A stretch of DNA of 64,000 nt from Mobula birostris. Its lineage: Eukaryota. Of this stretch, positions 62,300-64,000 are shown piece after piece. The stretch covers positions 97,549,604-97,613,603 of the forward strand of contig NC_092383.1 in the NCBI RefSeq assembly GCF_030028105.1, written 5' to 3'. The position numbers and the translations under genes are program-made. The notes under the pieces are model-generated. The model was not told the origin of the DNA, searched no databases, and saw only the letters and a list, made by a program, of their open reading frames with translations. How positions within the stretch are numbered: the first letter of the stretch is position 1; each line of letters starts with the position of its first letter.

Positions 62300-63420
62300 T
62301 CCTTAATAATGGATGCTGCCTTTCTCAGCTACCGCTCCCTAAAGATGTCCTGGGTACTTTGCAAGCTAATGCCCAAGATGGATCTGACTAGATTTGTAAC
62401 CTTCTGCAGCTCCTTTCGATCCTGTGCTGTAGCTGCTCCATACGGCAGTGATGCAGCCTGTCAGAATGCTCTCCACGGTACAACTATTGAAGTTTTTGAG
62501 TGTATTTGTTGACATGCTAAATCTCTTCAAACTCCTAACAAAGTATAGTCACTGTCTTGCCTTCTTTACAACTACATCGATATGTTGGGACCAGGTTAGA
62601 TCCTCAGAGATCTTGACACCCAGGAACTTGAAGATGCCCACTCTCTCCACATTTGTTTCTCTATGAGGATTGGTATGTGTTCCTTTGTCTTATCCTTCCT
62701 GAAGTCCACAATCAGCTCTTTCGTCTTACTGACATTGAGTGCCAGGCTGTTGCTGCGACACCACTCCACTAGTTGGTATATCTCACTCCTGTACGTCCTC
62801 TCTTCGCCACCTGAGATTCTACCAACAATGGTTGTATTGTCAGCAAATTTATAGATGGTATTTGAGCTTTGCCTAGTCACACAGTCATGTGTATATAGAG
62901 AGTAGAGCAGTGGGTTAAGCACACTCCCCTGAGGTGCGCCCTTATATATCATCAGCGAGGAGGATATATTACCACTAATCCGCACAGTTTGTGGTCTTCT
63001 GGTTAGGAAGTCGAGGATCCAATTGCAGAGGGAGATACAGAGGCCCAAGTTCTGCAACTTCTCAATCAGGATTGTGGGAATGATGGTATTAAATGCTGAG
63101 CTATCATCAATGAACAGCATCCTGATGTAGGTGTCTGTGTTGTCCAGGTGGCCTAAAGTCGTGTGGAGAGCCATTGAGGATGCATCTGCCGTTGACCTAT
63201 TGCAGCGATAGATAGATTGCAGTGGGTCCAGGTCCTTGCTGAGGCAGGAGCTCCATCTAGTCATGACCAACCCCTCTCAAAGCATTTCATCACTGTAGAT
63301 GTGAGTACTACCGGGCGATAGTCATTAAGTCATTATTCTTCTTAGGCACTGGTATAATTGCTGCCATTTTGAAGCAAGTGGGAACTTCCGCCCGTAGCAG
63401 TGAAAGGGTGAAATGATTGC
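62300..63420 (-). mobile_element. Rex1/Babar-type LINE RT region
   Basis: ORF 62596-63270: [13 protein letters not shown]...[14 protein letters not shown]...[20 protein letters not shown]...[11 protein letters not shown]. Confidence 0.88.
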
Positions 63421-63429
63421 TAAGTGATG

Positions 63430-64000
63430 TATTGACAGGCTAGTGGCAGATTCATCGACCATTCTTCAACCAGTCAACAATCTGCTGAAGCACAGGAAGT
63501 GCTCAGATGATCCTGTGATTCTTTCTGAGGAACAGCTGGATGCATTTGAAACTTTAAAGGTGACATGTGCATTAAGAATCCCAGATACAGCTGGGCAATT
63601 CACTCTGTATGTCAATCAGAAACACACAATAACAGTCTTAAGTCAAGAACTTGGAGACCGACAGCATCCTTGTACTACTTCCTCCCCTCCCCCATGTTCT
63701 TGCTCCAACTTCTCATCTTTTTTACCCCAGTCTTAATGAAGGGTCTCGCACCGAAATGTCGACTGTTTTACTTTTTTTGGTAGATGCTACCTGGCCTGCT
63801 GGATTCCTCCAGCATTTTTTGTGTATTTCCTGTTGGTTGTTAGTCTGCCAATGATTGAGAGAGGGTTCAAATGGCTGTTGCTGGAACCGAGGCCGTTGAT
63901 CAGTTAACGTCACTGCAACTGGAAGAGCAAGGGTCCCTTTCTGGGGAGCGGTAAAATTACCTGTACGGACCTGACTAATCTCAGTCCTCCCCATCCCCTG
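63430..64000 (+). mobile_element. ERV pol RT-connection fragment, interrupted by a Penelope terminal fragment (~63675-63823) with a degenerate hammerhead
   Basis: LSEEQLDAFETLK...LRIPDTAGQFTLYVNQK...VLSQELGDRQHP; taatgaagggtctcgcaccgaaatgtcgact. Confidence 0.6.

Overview
Vertebrate genomic DNA, most likely a cartilaginous fish (inferred from tRNA/V-SINE, CR1, Rex1/L2, L1/Tx1 and Penelope repeat families). Most of the window is decayed retrotransposon and DNA-transposon sequence. The host gene content is a plus-strand immunoglobulin-superfamily receptor locus. It has three intact phase-1/1 exons encoding disulfide-free CD2/SLAM/CEACAM-N-like V-set domains (27175-27495, 34560-34862, 39412-39714), one truncated V exon with a stop (37402-37489), two paralogous transmembrane exons only 47 nt apart (48906-49058, 49106-49284) and a probable terminal exon (from 50908). 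I could not locate a leader exon or any C2-domain exon. Notable structures: a 242-bp inverted copy that can pair with the splice acceptor of the last V exon; two fold-back Penelope-derived insertions carrying hammerhead ribozyme motifs, each with a 14-bp target-site duplication; a kb-scale inverted Penelope pair; an L1-clade insertion with a twin-priming-type 5' inversion; ERV gag and pol remnants; and three minisatellites whose long ORFs are artefacts. All TE boundaries not tied to a TSD or TIR are approximate and were read by eye.
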